From Heteronotia binoei (Eukaryota), in contig NC_083236.1 of NCBI RefSeq assembly GCF_032191835.1, positions 1,860,001 through 1,924,000 of the forward strand: a stretch of DNA of 64,000 bases, written 5' to 3'. This document shows, in pieces, positions 22,386-35,800 of this stretch. The position numbers were made by a program, and so were the translations under genes. The notes under the pieces are model-generated. The model was not told the origin of the DNA. It saw only the letters and a program-made list of their open reading frames with translations, and did not search any database. The first letter of the stretch is position 1, and every line of letters begins with the position of its first letter.

Positions 22386-25300
22386 TGTCAAGCATGCGAT
22401 TTTCAAATGAACGAGTCAAGTAGATACAAAACTACGTTTATTGCTAAATAAAAACTACGTTTATTGCTAAATAAAAACGTTTATTGCTAAATAAAAACTA
22501 CGTTATCAGTATCTCGTCCTTGCTTTCCCAGATGGCCTACACTCCCATTTAGGAATGTATGGGAAGGTGTTACTGGCAGGGAAGTGTTTCCACTTGATCA
22601 AATAATACAACACTCCACGCTTAAATTTTGCATCTAAAATTTCTTGCACTTCATGATGACTCTGATTCCCAATCTGGATAGGTTGTGGAGCTGGCGGTCG
22701 AGGGTGCCAAGGGGTACCACCTAGGTCTCTGCGCGGAAGACTGCAATGAAATACAGGGTATATTTTACTAAACAGTTTGGGTAATTCCAGTTCCACAGTC
22801 ACTTTGTTGATTACCCACTTGATAAGCCAGCTTCTTAGAAGGTTGATTCAGGCGTAAGTTTTTGGTCGATACAAACACTGTATCCCCCACCTTGAAATCC
22901 CACACTAGAACATGTGATTTGTCATATTGTTTTTTATAAGCTTCCTTGGCCACTTCCAAGTTCTCCTGTATGAGCTTCCAACTCTCTCCTAATTTTCCCC
23001 ACCATTGCTCAAAAGTTGTGGGATCTCTAGGCCCCTCTCCCCCCCGGCAATAACGGGACACGCTTGCCCTCGTATCCATTCACTGTCTGGAAAGGCGACG
23101 CCTTGGTTGAGATGTGAACACTATTGTTATACCCATACTCAGCAAACGGCAGCAGATCCACCCAGTTGGATTGTTGGTGATTCACATAACACCGTAAATA
23201 CTGCTCTAGAAGCGCATTCACTCGTTCCGTCTGGCCGTCCGTCTGGGGATGGTAAGCTGAGCTCAAGCCTTGTTCTATACCATCAATTTGCAAAACTCCC
23301 GCCAAAAGTTGGCAACGAATTGCGGGCCACAGTCACTAATTATCTTATCTGGGAATGAGTAGATTTTCACAATGTGATGGAAAAACAAGTATGCCAGTTT
23401 TTTGGCCGTAGGCAGTTGTGCACATGGAATGAAATGTGCTTGCTTTGAAAATGTGTCCACTACTACCAGAATTAGAGTTTTCCTTGCGAGATGGGCAATT
23501 CTACTATAAAGTCCATGGACATCACGGACCAGGGGCGTGTCGCTGTTTCCAAAGGTTTCAATAGACCAGGAGGCTTTCCCCCCTCCATTTGGCCATTAGG
23601 CAGATGGAGAAGGATGCCACAAATTTGGATATGTCCTTTTTCATAGAGGGCCACCAGAACTGTCTATTGATCAAATGTAGTGTCTTCATGTACCCAAAAT
23701 GCCCCGCCAGTTTATTGGAATGGCAAAATTGTAAAACCTCCACGTGGAGGCTTGTAGGAACATATAATTTACCATCCTTGTACCAGTACCCATCCTCCCC
23801 TTTCTGCACTTCACCTGGCCGATCTCCCTCCTCGTTTTCAGTTTCTGTGGCTAGTCGCTTCCCTCCCCACTTCTCTGTATGAAGGTTCTGCTTGGACCGG
23901 GCCCAGGTAGTTACCATGCCTGCCACTTGGGTGGGAGAGATCAGAGAGTCTACTACCTCCTCCCTCTGACTTGTGCTGGGGAAGTCGCGAAAGGGCGTCT
24001 GCCAAAAAGTTTTTAGTTCCTGGTATGTGCTTCAGACTGAAATCAAATTTCGAACAGAACCCCGCCCACCGAATCTGCTTTTCAGTGAGCTTATGGCGAC
24101 CTGTAAGTGCTTCCAAATTTTTGTGATCAGTCCAAATTTCAAATGGTACTTTGGCTCCTTCTAGCCATGATCTCCAGGTCTTTAGCGCGTAAGTCACTGG
24201 AAATGCCTCATCCCATACAGACCAGTTTCGTTGCTCATGGGAAAATTTTTTAGAAATTTAACCACAGGGTTTCAATTGCTCCTCCTCATCCCTCTGCATG
24301 AGGATAGCTCCTACCGTGACGTCAGTGGTGTCACATTGAACAATGAAGGGCTTCAGCTCATTGGGGTGACTCAAGACAGGTTCACTTGTAAATAGTCTTT
24401 TAAGCTTGGTAAATGCCTCCTGACACCTAGGCGCCCAATTCAATTTTGCCTGCGGTTTTTTGGCGTCAGGACCCCTCCCTTTAGTTTTCAACAGTTCAGT
24501 AAGGGGTAACATCGTCTGGGCGAACCCCTGAATGAAATTACAGTAAAAATTGGTGAACCCGAGAAATGACTGGAGCTGTCTACATGTCCTCAGGGGAGCT
24601 CAATCTAATACCGCTTGGACCTTACTCGGATCCATGGCCAGTCCCTTCCCAGACACTCTGAAACCCAAGTAATCAAGTTTGGTCCAGTGGAACTCACATT
24701 TAGACAACTTAGCATACAATTTGTGCTTTTGGAACGTGCTGAGGACCTCTCGCACCAGTTTCACATGTGATTTGAGATCCTCTGAATAGATAATGATGTC
24801 ATCCAGGTACACCACCACCGCCTTATACAAATACTCTCTCAACACTTAATGTATAAAGTTCATAAAGACTCCTGGGGCCCCTTGGAGGCCAAACGGCATC
24901 ACCAAGTATTCAAATTGTCCCATAGGGGTATTGAAGGCTGTTTTCCATTCGTCCCCCTCTTTTATGCGCACTCTGAAGTACACATCTCTTAGGTCCAACT
25001 TGGTAAAAATCTGCCCCTCCGATACCGTACTGAGTAAGTCCTTGATGAGGGGTATCGGGTAGGCATTAAATCCCATTAATACCGCAAAAATCAGTACATA
25101 GTCTGAGCGAGCCATCCTTCTTCTTCTGAAAGAGGACGGGGGCTGCATGGGGGGCTGTAGCAGGCCGTATGAAGCCCCTTTTCAGGTTTTTAACTAGGAA
25201 TTTGCGTAGTTCCATCTTTTCAGCCCACCCCATCGAGTACAGCTTTGCTTTCAGTATGTTTGCCCCGGGATCAACTCAATGGCACAATCTGTCTCTCTAT

Positions 25301-27341
25301 GGGGAGGGGGTTCGTCCGCTCCCTGCTCACTGAACACCCCCGTAAGTCCCGATATGCTTTGGGGATCGCTTGAACTTCCTCCACCGTTAAGCAAACCTTT
25401 TCATTCCGGGGCGGGGGGTTAGGTCCCCACTCCCTTTTCCACTGATGAGTTTGACATTTCACATCAGTGAATTCTATTGTCGGATCTCCCCATCGGGTGT
25501 CTGGCTCATGCTTCGCTAACCAACCCACCCCCAACACCACATCATATGAGGAAGAGGGAGCTATTACGGAGGCCTCTTTGTCCCAATGATCCTCAATGCC
25601 CACTGGGACCAACTGAGTTTCCAAAATACAAGGTTCCCCCTTCATCACCGACCCATCCATCTGTTCAAATTGAATAGGATGGGGCAAGGAAGCTGTGGGG
25701 AGTCCCAGAGCATCCACCAATTTAGGGGTGATTATGTCCCTCGTGCACCCCGAGTCAATCATGGCCTTCACATGGATGAACCGTCTAAGCTTGCAGTTTA
25801 GCAAAGTCAATGGAACAAAAATAACAACCCGGTTATTCTCACCCTGAGCAGTGCCAGTGATTCTGCGACCTGCTGGTTGGTACCATTTAGAGCAGGTCGA
25901 TCTCGTTTCCTGCCGGCTCGTCCTCCCAGGACATCTCACTCAGCTCGTCGATGATGATGGTCTCCTCCTCCAGAGTCGAACTTGCCGCCACGCTGCTCTT
26001 CGCCGCATCCTTAGGGTGGCTGGTTGACTTCTTCGGCGTTGGGGTGCTTGTCTTTGTAGCGGCCGACGCTGGTCGCGGGGGATTGGGACAGTTGATGACC
26101 AGGTGGTTTGGGTCACCACAGAGAAAGCATTTGTGGGTTGACGGGGATCTTCCTGCTCCTCCCCCCACCTGGGTCTTCTTCACCTCCGTTTTCACCCCGG
26201 CTTTCCGGTCACGACTTCCCTTGCCGCTCTGCTGCTGTCATTGTAAAGCCACTCTTTTCATGTTAATCTCTACTTCGCCAGCCAGTTGTATCCACCCTAT
26301 CAGGGTGGTCAGCCTCGCTTGCTACAGGGCCCGAACCAGTACACTCGCGTTCAGCCCGCTGGTGAAATGCTCGATCTTCATCAGCTCGCTCCAACCTCTC
26401 ACCTTAGCTGCATTGGAGCGGAACTCGGCTGCGTACTCGCGGATTGACTTAGATCCTTGCTGGATGACCCTCAGGGTGGCCAGTGCACGGGTCTCCTGCA
26501 GGGGATCTTCATACTTGGTCAGTAGCACCTGGAGGAAGGTGGCAACATTGTCCAGCTCTGGGCTCATTGCCTCGTACAAGCTCACATACCAGCGCTTAGC
26601 TGCCCCCTTTAGCTTCGACCCAAGGTAATCGACCCTGCGGAATTTGTCTGGGAAGGTGTTCCCCCAGTAGTGCATGTAGCTGTTGGCCTGGATGGTGAAG
26701 TACTCCACTTCTTCTGGGTCCCCATCAAAAGTGGCTTCCTACTCCCTTCCTTGCCCCCCTTCTTGGGGAAGAGGCACCCCCATTGGTTGTGCCCTGGGCA
26801 GGATCACGGAGGGTCTAGCCGCGGGTGGTTGTGGGATTCCTCTTGGGTCTCTCGGTCTCATGATTCGATTGACCTGCTTACTGAATTCTTTGGCCATGAG
26901 GGTGGCAGTTGCTTGCATCTCATCCCACAACCTCTTGGCAACCCCCTTGACCTCTTTCCTCACCATCAAGCGGAATTCTCAGGTCACTTCATCTTCTTCT
27001 TTCCCCTGACCCGACGGTTCTTGGGGTCCTTCCACCTCCACCTCCAACAAGGGGGCTTCGGCTTTCGTGCATGCATGCGTTAGCAGTGGCGCCACACTCC
27101 TCCCTGGGCTCCCAGATGGCCTACACTCCCATGTAGGAATGTATGGGAAGGTGTTACTTCTTCTCTTCTCACTATTAGTTTCGTTTCTCACTATTCTATT
27201 ATCCCAAGCAATAAAGCAAGTAGGGGGGAAGGGAACAAATAACAGAACCAAGCCACACTGACTCCCCATGATGTTTCACAGACCAGTTTCAAAGAGAGCC
27301 ATAAAACCATAAATCACCAATAAGTTTTACCATGCTTGACA
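22386..27341 (-). mobile_element. Ty3/gypsy chromovirus (copy G1), degenerate, both LTRs truncated
   Basis: Termini TGTCAAGCATG...CATGCTTGACA; 5-bp TSD CAAGG (22381-22385 and 27342-27346); gag with CFLCGDPNHLVINC; protease IDSG; RT YLDD; integrase; partial chromodomain YLIKWKHFP. Confidence 0.93.
22430..22505. repeat. Tandem repeat of about 23 bp (AAAACTACGTTTATTGCTAAATA), 3 copies, in the G1 LTR
   Basis: Seen directly; the third unit is 3 bp shorter. Confidence 0.9.
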
Positions 27342-29044
27342 CAAGGAACACGATGTAATATATTGCATTGCAATCACTATTCTGATATACTATTCTGAAA
27401 AATAAATACACTAAAATACAGAGGATGTATTCTCGGTGGGAATGCATATGTAAAGACTGAATGAGTTTAGCATATGTTAATAGATAAGAAACGAATAGCC
27501 CTGTGAGTCCTGGGTGTGTGTGTTTGTTCTGAATGTTGTAATAACTTGTAATTCAGCATAACAACTAAGAAGGTCACTGTTGCACATCTGTCTCCTGTTT
27601 GGACATACTTATTGCCTTGGTAAGGGAATTTTACTTGTACGTTTAGGACCTAATTGGGAAAGTATATATTGGCAATATTACTATTTACAGTATATGTAAT
27701 TGCTGCTGACATAAGGTCAGATACATCTGTTTAGTTTAGTTTTCCTTCTCTTTTTGGATGAATCAGGGACCCATTGCTTTTTAGTAGGTTTGGGGTACAC
27801 CATGAAAACATCTGAAGGTTATATGGCAGTCTAGACCCTCAACCAAATTGAAGATTTCTAGGCAGGCAGAGCAAGGGCAGTCATCTCTGAAGTCTGAGTG
27901 GACTCTGCCAGAATTGTTTGGGATGGAACCAGATGTTTCTGCTGTTTCCTGGTTGTCTCTGCAGGCCCCAGCATGAAGACATATGGAAGCTGAACCAAGT
28001 AAATAGGAAAAAATACTTCTGAGCTTACAGGTATTTTTACAGCTACTGCAGAAAGGAAAGTAAAAACTGATCTGAAAATAAATCTTTCTGGGGTGCATGC
28101 CTGTAACAAAAATTATCTGTTGGAGAGCTCCTCCCCCAATTAAATGGAGACCTTTTCAGTGCCTAATGAGCTTTCCAAGCAGAAGGGCTATAAATATTTT
28201 ATGGGCTTCCTAGTTCAGTTTCTTGTAAAGGTTGGTCAGGAAGTGCATCTGTTTTAAAATTTGCAAGAAGTGGGAAGCCTTTTAAATAGCCACATTAATG
28301 TACACAGTTCCCTAGTGTGTTACCATGGCTTGTCTTTTTGTCTGCAAGTAAACAACACAGCTTCTATACTGACATTTCTTTGCTTGGAGGATCTGACTGT
28401 CACAAATTCCTTCTAACAAGCATAATCCAGAAGAAAAGAAAGTCCCCATACTGGCATGCACTGAGAGAAATAGGACATGTACCTGGACAATCAGAAAAAT
28501 CCCCTCTCCCCCCTCCCCCGGCTGTGCTCTAGTTTTGTGGTGATTCTGGGCTGAAGTTGAGCAACATCTAGGAGGACTTGGCCAAAAGCAGAAGGCAGCC
28601 AGGAGCGACACCTGACTGTATGGGTGCTACAGAACCTTGGAGAGCTCCCTGGGATAGCAGGATGCAAACCACTGTGAAGTTCAGCTTCCCTCCTCTGCAA
28701 TGCCAGATGACTTGTTGAGCCACACAAGGCATTTAAAAGAACAATGCTGCCATTGGGAAATGCCCTTTTCAGGAACACTGAAGACAGCAAACGATCTGGG
28801 ATGGTTGGTGCACTAATTCCCCGGAGGTCTGAGTTGCCGTTCCCACATTCGGAGCCTGGTAACTCCTGCTCAGAGAGCTCTGTGGAAAGTCTCTGCTGGA
28901 TTCTGAAAGTGATGGGCTCCAATACCTCCTGGAGACCAGTGGATCCGCTAGGAGCCTGAGGCCTCTCCCTGAATGCTGCCTGCACTCGTCTTGCTAGCAA
29001 TAAATGAGAGGAAAATGCATAGAACATCTGTATTTTGAGCAGAG

Positions 29045-29268
29045 TGACTTCCAATCTCCTTTCCCTTCCTCTCCCCACAACAGACAGCCTGTGAGGTAGG
29101 TGGGGCTGAGAGAGCTCTGACAGAAACTGCTCTTGAGAGGAACAGCACTGATATAACTATGGCTGACCCAAGGTCACACCAACAGTTGCATGTGGAGGTC
29201 TGGGGAATCAGACCTGGTTCTCCCAGATTAGAGTACTCACTCTTAACCACTGCACCAAACTAGCTTTC
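29045..29268 (-). repeat. tRNA-derived SINE (Squam3-like)
   Basis: Reverse complement begins gaaagctagtttggtgcagtggttaag; homologous to 6745-7030. Confidence 0.8.
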
Positions 29269-30522
29269 ATAAATAGAAATATACTTGGTGGTTTTTAACA
29301 GTAATCTTTGACTCATAGAGTCCCTCTCTTTTATGAGATTGGCACAAGTCCTTCCTTGCCTTTCTTACCTTGTTGTATCCACAGTCCTTAAAGCTCATGG
29401 TGATGTGCTGTTGTGACAAGTAGTATCACTCCTCAGGACCAGTCTTGCTGTGTGAAATGAGGCCACTGCAATGTAGGAATACGCCCATACTCTGCCTTGT
29501 TCCCTAGTTTCGCCTAGAGGCATATTTTGCTGGGTATTTCTGCAGCAAGGGGAGGTTATTGTAAAAGCATTTCTATTTTGGAACATAGAAATGGAGTAAC
29601 TGACAGCTTTTTGCTATAATAAATTTTAAATGATTTGGACAGCAGCTTCAAAACTAGCTGCTTTCAGTGCATCTCCACTCCAAGTTCCTTATTCGATAAT
29701 TTTTGGCAGAAAATAATTGTAAACACTTCAAAGATCTCTGTAAACACATACTCCATTTAATTGTTTAGAAGCTAAAAATATTTAAAGTTAATTTTATAAA
29801 TATTTTGAACTCCTCCTTGGCCAAATTTTTCAGTGTGATACTATGATAGATGTCAGACAGGTATTTTGTTTCCTGACAGGACTTTTAAAGTGGCAGTGTG
29901 GGAAATCCTTTAAACTGCAGTACCTGAAGACAAGGGACACATCCTGTTCAGATTGCCAAACCACACAGTTGTTTCTGGGATTTATCTTCTTATTTCAGCA
30001 CTTTATATGGTGATAACCTGGAATCTTGATAAACAGACGTTTAATCCTACAATATGAAGTATTCCATGCAATGCAATTTGCTTATCTATCTGCTTCACAC
30101 TCAAGAATTTGCAGGTAATCTGGGAGACCAAACCAGCCAGGTTGATGAAGCCAGAAATAAGGGGGTGCAGAAGGAGGGCCCAGGGTGCAGGCAGGTGTGA
30201 ATGCTATATCTGCACATGAGGCTGTTTCATGAGCTCAGTCTATAGTATTTATTCATGATAGCATTCTGAACATGCTGTTACTACAGTCTAAATTTTGCAT
30301 TTGTTGCTATTTCATAGAGCCCAAATGTTTCTAGAGTGTTACATGGTAGCATAAGCGAAGGACAAGATCCTGCACGTAGAGTTTGTCATTAATGCTTAAC
30401 TGCTTGGGTCTGCTATGGCGGGAAGGGAAGAAGAGGCCAGGCTAGCATTTGCTTCCTGTGTGCAGCAAACAGGCACAAAGGGACTGCACAAAATACAGAC
30501 ATTCTACTTTATCACATTTATA

Positions 30523-30800
30523 AGAAGAAGAAGATATTGGATTTATATCCCGCCCTCCACTCCGAAGAGTCTCAGAGCGGCTCACAATCTCCTTTATCTC
30601 CCTCCCCCACAACAGACACCCTGTGAGGTGGGTGGGGCTGGAGAGGGCTCTCCCAGCAGCTGCCCTTTCAAGGACAACTTCTGCCAGGGCTATGGCTGAC
30701 CCAAGGCCATTCCAGCAGGTGCAAGTGGAGGAGTGGGGAATCAAACCCGGTTCTCCCAGATAAGAGTCCGCACACTTAACCACTACACCAAACTGACTCT
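30523..30800 (-). repeat. tRNA-derived SINE (Squam3-like), young copy with (TTC)n tail
   Basis: Head gagagtcagtttggtgtagtggttaag; box B ggtttgattccc; L2-like tail. Confidence 0.85.
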
Positions 30801-30825
30801 CCAAACTACCCCCCTTTGCTCTCAT

Positions 30826-30905
30826 ATTAGCGGCCCCGTGGCACAGAGTGGTAAAGCAGCAGTACTGCAGTACTGTGGTTTGAATTCTGCTCACGACCTG
30901 AAGCT
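30826..30905 (+). repeat. Sauria SINE head fragment
   Basis: ggccccgtggcacagagtggtaaagcagcagtactgcag...ctgctcacgacctga. Confidence 0.65.
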
Positions 30906-31469
30906 CTGACCTCAAACCAGACCTTCCCTCAAAGGTTTGGTCCAAATATCAGATCCAACGTTTTCATATATTGGGCTTGCTGTGTCTTGAGAGAGGCCCT
31001 TGGCAACCGAAGAGACTACAGACTCCAGCAAGGTAATCTCAGCATGAGGTCCCCAAAAACAGTCAGCCTAGGTGTCTCCAGCACCATGCTCACAGCTGTC
31101 TCAGACACACAACCAACTGAGGAAGTAGGTGGCCAGTAAACCAGCTGAATGCTTAATCTGTCCTTAGACTCCAGGATAAGGGGCAGACTCATGCCAGTGA
31201 TCCGTCTCTGGGAATCTGCAAAAAGGGAAAACCATATGGAGGATGAGAACCGATCCTCTTGCCTGCCCTCGAATGCTGGGGTGATGAAGGGCCATATAAC
31301 CAAGCAGAGTTAATTGGGACAGAACACCATACGATTTTCTTTCAGTCAAGGCACCGTTATGCAAGCCAACTTTTTCTTTCTCCAGCAATCCTCGTTCATA
31401 TGGCATTGCACAATAATAAAGAAGATATTCACTTTAATGGCATTTATGGCAAGGTGTGTTTTGACCTGT

Positions 31470-31560
31470 GTGGCCCAGGCTAGTCTGATCCTGTCAGACT
31501 TTAGGAGTTAAACTTGGCCAGCCCTGCTTTGTACTTGGATGGGAGAGCCCCTAGGAAGTC
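31470..31560 (+). repeat. 5S rRNA-derived SINE or 5S pseudogene fragment
   Basis: gtacttggatgggaga matches the 5S internal control region box C; upstream sequence loosely matches 5S; too diverged to be a functional 5S gene. Confidence 0.65.
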
Positions 31561-32521
31561 ACAACCTGACAGAGCATACAGAGAGAAGCCACCCCTGCAC
31601 GGGCACAAGCAAAATGTGGGGGCTTTTGAAAAAAGTGTCCTGATGACCACTTAGACAGCACTTCTTTTAGCAATCGTAATTCTTTCTCTCTCTCTTTTTA
31701 TAATAATGCTTTTGTAATCATTATTATATAGGGAATGGGTTACTGGGAAAAAGGGGGTATTATAATCAGATTATCATTTATCATCAACAGCTATTATATC
31801 TTGTCTTTGTTGAGGACACAGTTCTGATATGTGATACATCACAAAATTATATCTTTTCCACTTAATTTCTTAACAGCAGTTTCTCGGAGTGTCAATATTC
31901 TATTCTTATTTAAAAAGCAATTGTAATTCTTGCTGTCCTTGTCAGGAGGGGGAATGCATTCATTTGCATATCTATTTTATGATTTGTGGGAATTCTGTAT
32001 TTTCTTTAAGGGAAGACTGAAACTTGTAAGGAATGATTAAATTTGAAAGCATTGGTTTCCCTCTAATGTGATTAGATTGCTAGGTCCTTCAGCAAGAATT
32101 TCCCACAAGTTGCAGAGAAATGGTAACATGAGTTGGCAGGCCAATTTGGGGAGGAGAGAGGGAGGAAAGGAGGCAAGTGGCCCTCCTTGATGACTTATAT
32201 TTTGTGTTCAGAGTGCTGGAGGCTTTAAAATGTCCATATTCCTGCTGTAATGGGGAAGAGATTTCTTATTTTCTGTCTGTGTGGGTAAGGAAAAAGGGAA
32301 CTCTTCTGCATTGGCTGGCATGGGTGTATATAAGCAGAGTAGGGGGTTTTTTTGGCGGGAGGGGAAGAGGAGTTGCATTATGAAGGAGAGGATGCTGCAG
32401 AGGAAATCCTGCTAAATGCCAACATGTCTTTACCCTTTTTATATCTTCAAATGGCAGCCTGGCATTTTGCAGGTTTAATTCTGCAACCTCTTCACCATCA
32501 CCACTAAACATAAAGAATCAG

Positions 32522-32527
<6 letters not shown>

Positions 32528-32552
<25 letters not shown>

Positions 32553-32562
32553 GCACACACAC
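32528..32562. repeat. (CT)n(CA)n microsatellite
   Basis: Seen directly. Confidence 0.9.
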
Positions 32563-32822
32563 AATCCTTTTGCTATTTCTTATGAGAAAGTCCACACATC
32601 AAGGGTCAGTCCCCATCAAGGGTGGCATCTTTCACTTCTGGTCTTTCCTTCTAGCTCGGTAAATTCCATGACATTCCCATAGTGCAGACTTGGAGAGACC
32701 ATAGAAGCCATTGTTTTGTTAATTCTCCTCAGAGCTTTCACAGGCTTTTCCAAACAATCAGTTTGTAGACACATTCCACTACCTCACAGGGAGCTGCTTT
32801 TTTGGCTGAGGAAAAATTTCAG

Positions 32823-35800
32823 ATCTTCTTCGTGGTCTCTGTGCAGTCCCACACATGGGTTTTCCCGCCAGGATGAACCCGACCTCGGAGATTTTAAAAG
32901 CTAGCCTAGGCGTTATTTTTGGTGCGCGTTCCCTCCTGCTCTGGGGAGCAGGCATCCACTGCGCATGCCTGGAGCGAGGGGAAGGCGCTCCACCCACCCA
33001 GTTTCTTTCTAACCGCCGCCCGGGATAGTCTTACCTCACTGCGTCTCCTTCGTCTACTAGCTTTTGCCTACCTTATTTCTTCCGACCGACCTTCAGTCTT
33101 CTATCGTCCTTTGCTTTTCGTCCTTCTTCTTACTGGTATCGTAAAAAAAAAACCCAACCCCCCCAAAAAAGATAACTTTACCCGCTTTCTATCACCTCAT
33201 TTCTTTCCCTTCTCCTACCCCACCTCCCCCCCCCCGGGCGTATGGACGGAAAGGACGCTAAAATCACTTTTAAAAAGTGCACGTGTTGCGGAGCAAAAAT
33301 CCCCACATCCGACAGCCACTCGCTGTGCCTGTTCTGTGTGGGGGAAGGCCACAGAACGGACGTCTGCACCCACTGCACTCAATTCGGAAAACAGGCCAGA
33401 AAAAATCGCACCGCAAGACTGAAAAGCCACCTTTTGGAATCCGCCCTTCGACCCACCATGTCGCATTCCACTGGACCCCAAAGATCGCCACCCTCCCTAA
33501 CTCCGCAAGGAGACGTAGCGAAACCGGCAGCTTCAGTGGCCTTGGCTCCCAGTAAGCCTAAGTCCAGCAAACATACAAAGAAATCACATGACTCCAAGAA
33601 GAAACACTTGGATTCGTCATCATCTAAGGCCCATAAGGAGCCAAGAAAAACATCGGACTCGACTCCATCGGATCCTAAGGCACCTGAGTCCGTGGTTTCT
33701 ATGGCGACTACCACTCTGAGATCGCCCCCGACTCCTGCACAACGATCACTACCGATAGACAGGATTGAAGAAGAGGTTATCAGAATCCAGTCTCGCTTGC
33801 CTTTCATCCACGAATCCATGCCGGAAGACTTCCTCGCCGAAGAGCCAATAGAGCTCTCAACCCAAATGCAAGGGCACCAGATCGATATGCGTTCCTTCCG
33901 TGACATATCCGCTCCTAAGAAACTTAAGAGCATCACCTTCTCACCGCCACACCGGCTAGCTTCTCGCCATCGGGAACCGTACACCCATCGGTACCGTGAG
34001 AGATCCCCTAGCAGGGAAAGGGAAAGGTACCTCCATACACACTGGTACCATGAAAGGTCTCCAAGTCGAGAAGGGGACCGCTACCGCTACTATAGCCGAT
34101 CCCGATCCCCTTCTAGGTCACCACATGGCCGTTACTATGTGACCTCGAGATCTCCCTCAGTAGACTATCGTCACCAATACTCCGACCATCACTATTCTTG
34201 GTACTGTACCGAACGGTACCAAGAGGCACAACCTCGACTCCATGAGGACTCTTCTCAATATCAGGAAGCAGTCCATTCACATATGAAACTTGCCTCAACG
34301 ACTCCGTCGACATCGACTTCTAAACATTAACCAACTCAACCAAAACCAAAATCTACTTCTACGGTACCCGTTCTGCCTGCACATGATGTCCCTGAGGAGG
34401 ATTCTGAAGCCGAAACATCGGAGTCATCACATTCAGTCTCCTCTCCAGCATCACCTGCATCGGATATTGCTAAACCAGCTGAGTTGTCTCCCTCTGAAGG
34501 AGCAAAAACCTATCTGGACTTAATCTCTAACATGGCCACCACTCTTAACATCAAACTAACAACTGATGCCCCGAAGATATCTGATGTGGTCCATGACCTT
34601 GTCCACTCCGATCTGCCTGCTGGATCTTTTCTACCAATGCTGCCGGTCCCCCTTGAAGCCCTGAAAGAAGCCTGGGATAAGCCAGCTTCCATTCCTCTGA
34701 TGTCTAAACGAATAGAATTGTTATACAAGATCCATGCACCAGAATCTAAATTCTTGTTTAATCATCCTGCCCCAAACTCGATGATGTACATTCATCCTCC
34801 AAGTCTAAGCAAACACGTCACCCCGTACCTCCTGAGAAAGAAGGAAGGAAACTGGACACACTAGGTAGAAAACTATATTCGATCTCAAGAGCGACAGCCA
34901 AGATCAACAACTACCTTGCTTACTTCGCTGCCTACTCCTACAATATCTCTTCTCAACTGAGCTCTCTGATAACAGCATTACCAGAAACCTCCCAGAAACA
35001 AGCCTCTAAACTATTACAGGAGCTCAACAGGATAAGCAAACAGCAGATCAATACAGTGCGACACTCCGTCGGATGCTCTTCCAAGGCAATGGCTGCTTTT
35101 GTTGCATTACGCAGACATGCTTAGCTACGTTCATCCTCGTTACAGCCAGACATAAAATTCAAGATCGAAGACCTTCCCTTCAACGGGCAAGGCTTATTCA
35201 ATGCTACCACTGACGACATCTTGACCACAGTAGATGATAGCCGTAAAAGAGCCAAGAGGCTTGGTGTAAATCAACAACAGCCTCAAACTTACAGACAAAG
35301 GCCATGGAAGACACCGGCCTACAAGCGCCCTCGCTCGCCCAGGCAGACCGACTACTGGAAGCGTAAGGCCCCACCAACTAAGCAACCATTCCACCAACGT
35401 CAACGACCCCAACCAGCCAAGAAGACCGCCACGGCTACTAAACAGTCTCTTTGACTTCCCCAGCCTACCAACACAGTACTACCATCCTACTGCACCCAGA
35501 CTTCTACCATTCTACCCTATGTGGAGGTCAATAACAACGGACTCTTGGGTTCTAACTATCATTCACAGAGGCTACTCAATAGAGTTCGCTTCGCCCCCCA
35601 AAAACCATCACTTCATACCTACATCTCCCTCCCCTCCAAGAGGAAATTGCTGCTCTGCTGGCCAAAGCGGCCATAGAACCAGTTCCACCTCAATACCACC
35701 ACACGGGGTTCTATTCCCGATATTTCCTAGTCCCAAAGAGGGATGGAGGACAACATCTGATACTAGATCTGCGCAAACTCAACAAATTTATCCAACACAA

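Noticed and set aside
22430-22505. CRISPR-like array
   Set aside because: Adjacent tandem repeats with no spacers, in a eukaryotic LTR
31259-31511. Possible exon (tttcag...GGCAAG|gtgtgt)
   Set aside because: No frame resembles GABBR2 or any protein I recognise; weak donor
31962-31969. Octamer ATTTGCAT (also at 7261)
   Set aside because: An 8-mer expected about twice in 64 kb across both strands; no conservation evidence available
32310-32334. ATTGG plus TATATAAG, promoter-like
   Set aside because: Spacing is too short and there is no downstream support; such motifs are expected by chance
33379-33984. Long antisense ORFs over DIRS and gypsy coding regions (also 10745-11287, 25951-26628 and others)
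   Set aside because: Shadow ORFs of GC-rich coding sequence; not conserved between copies
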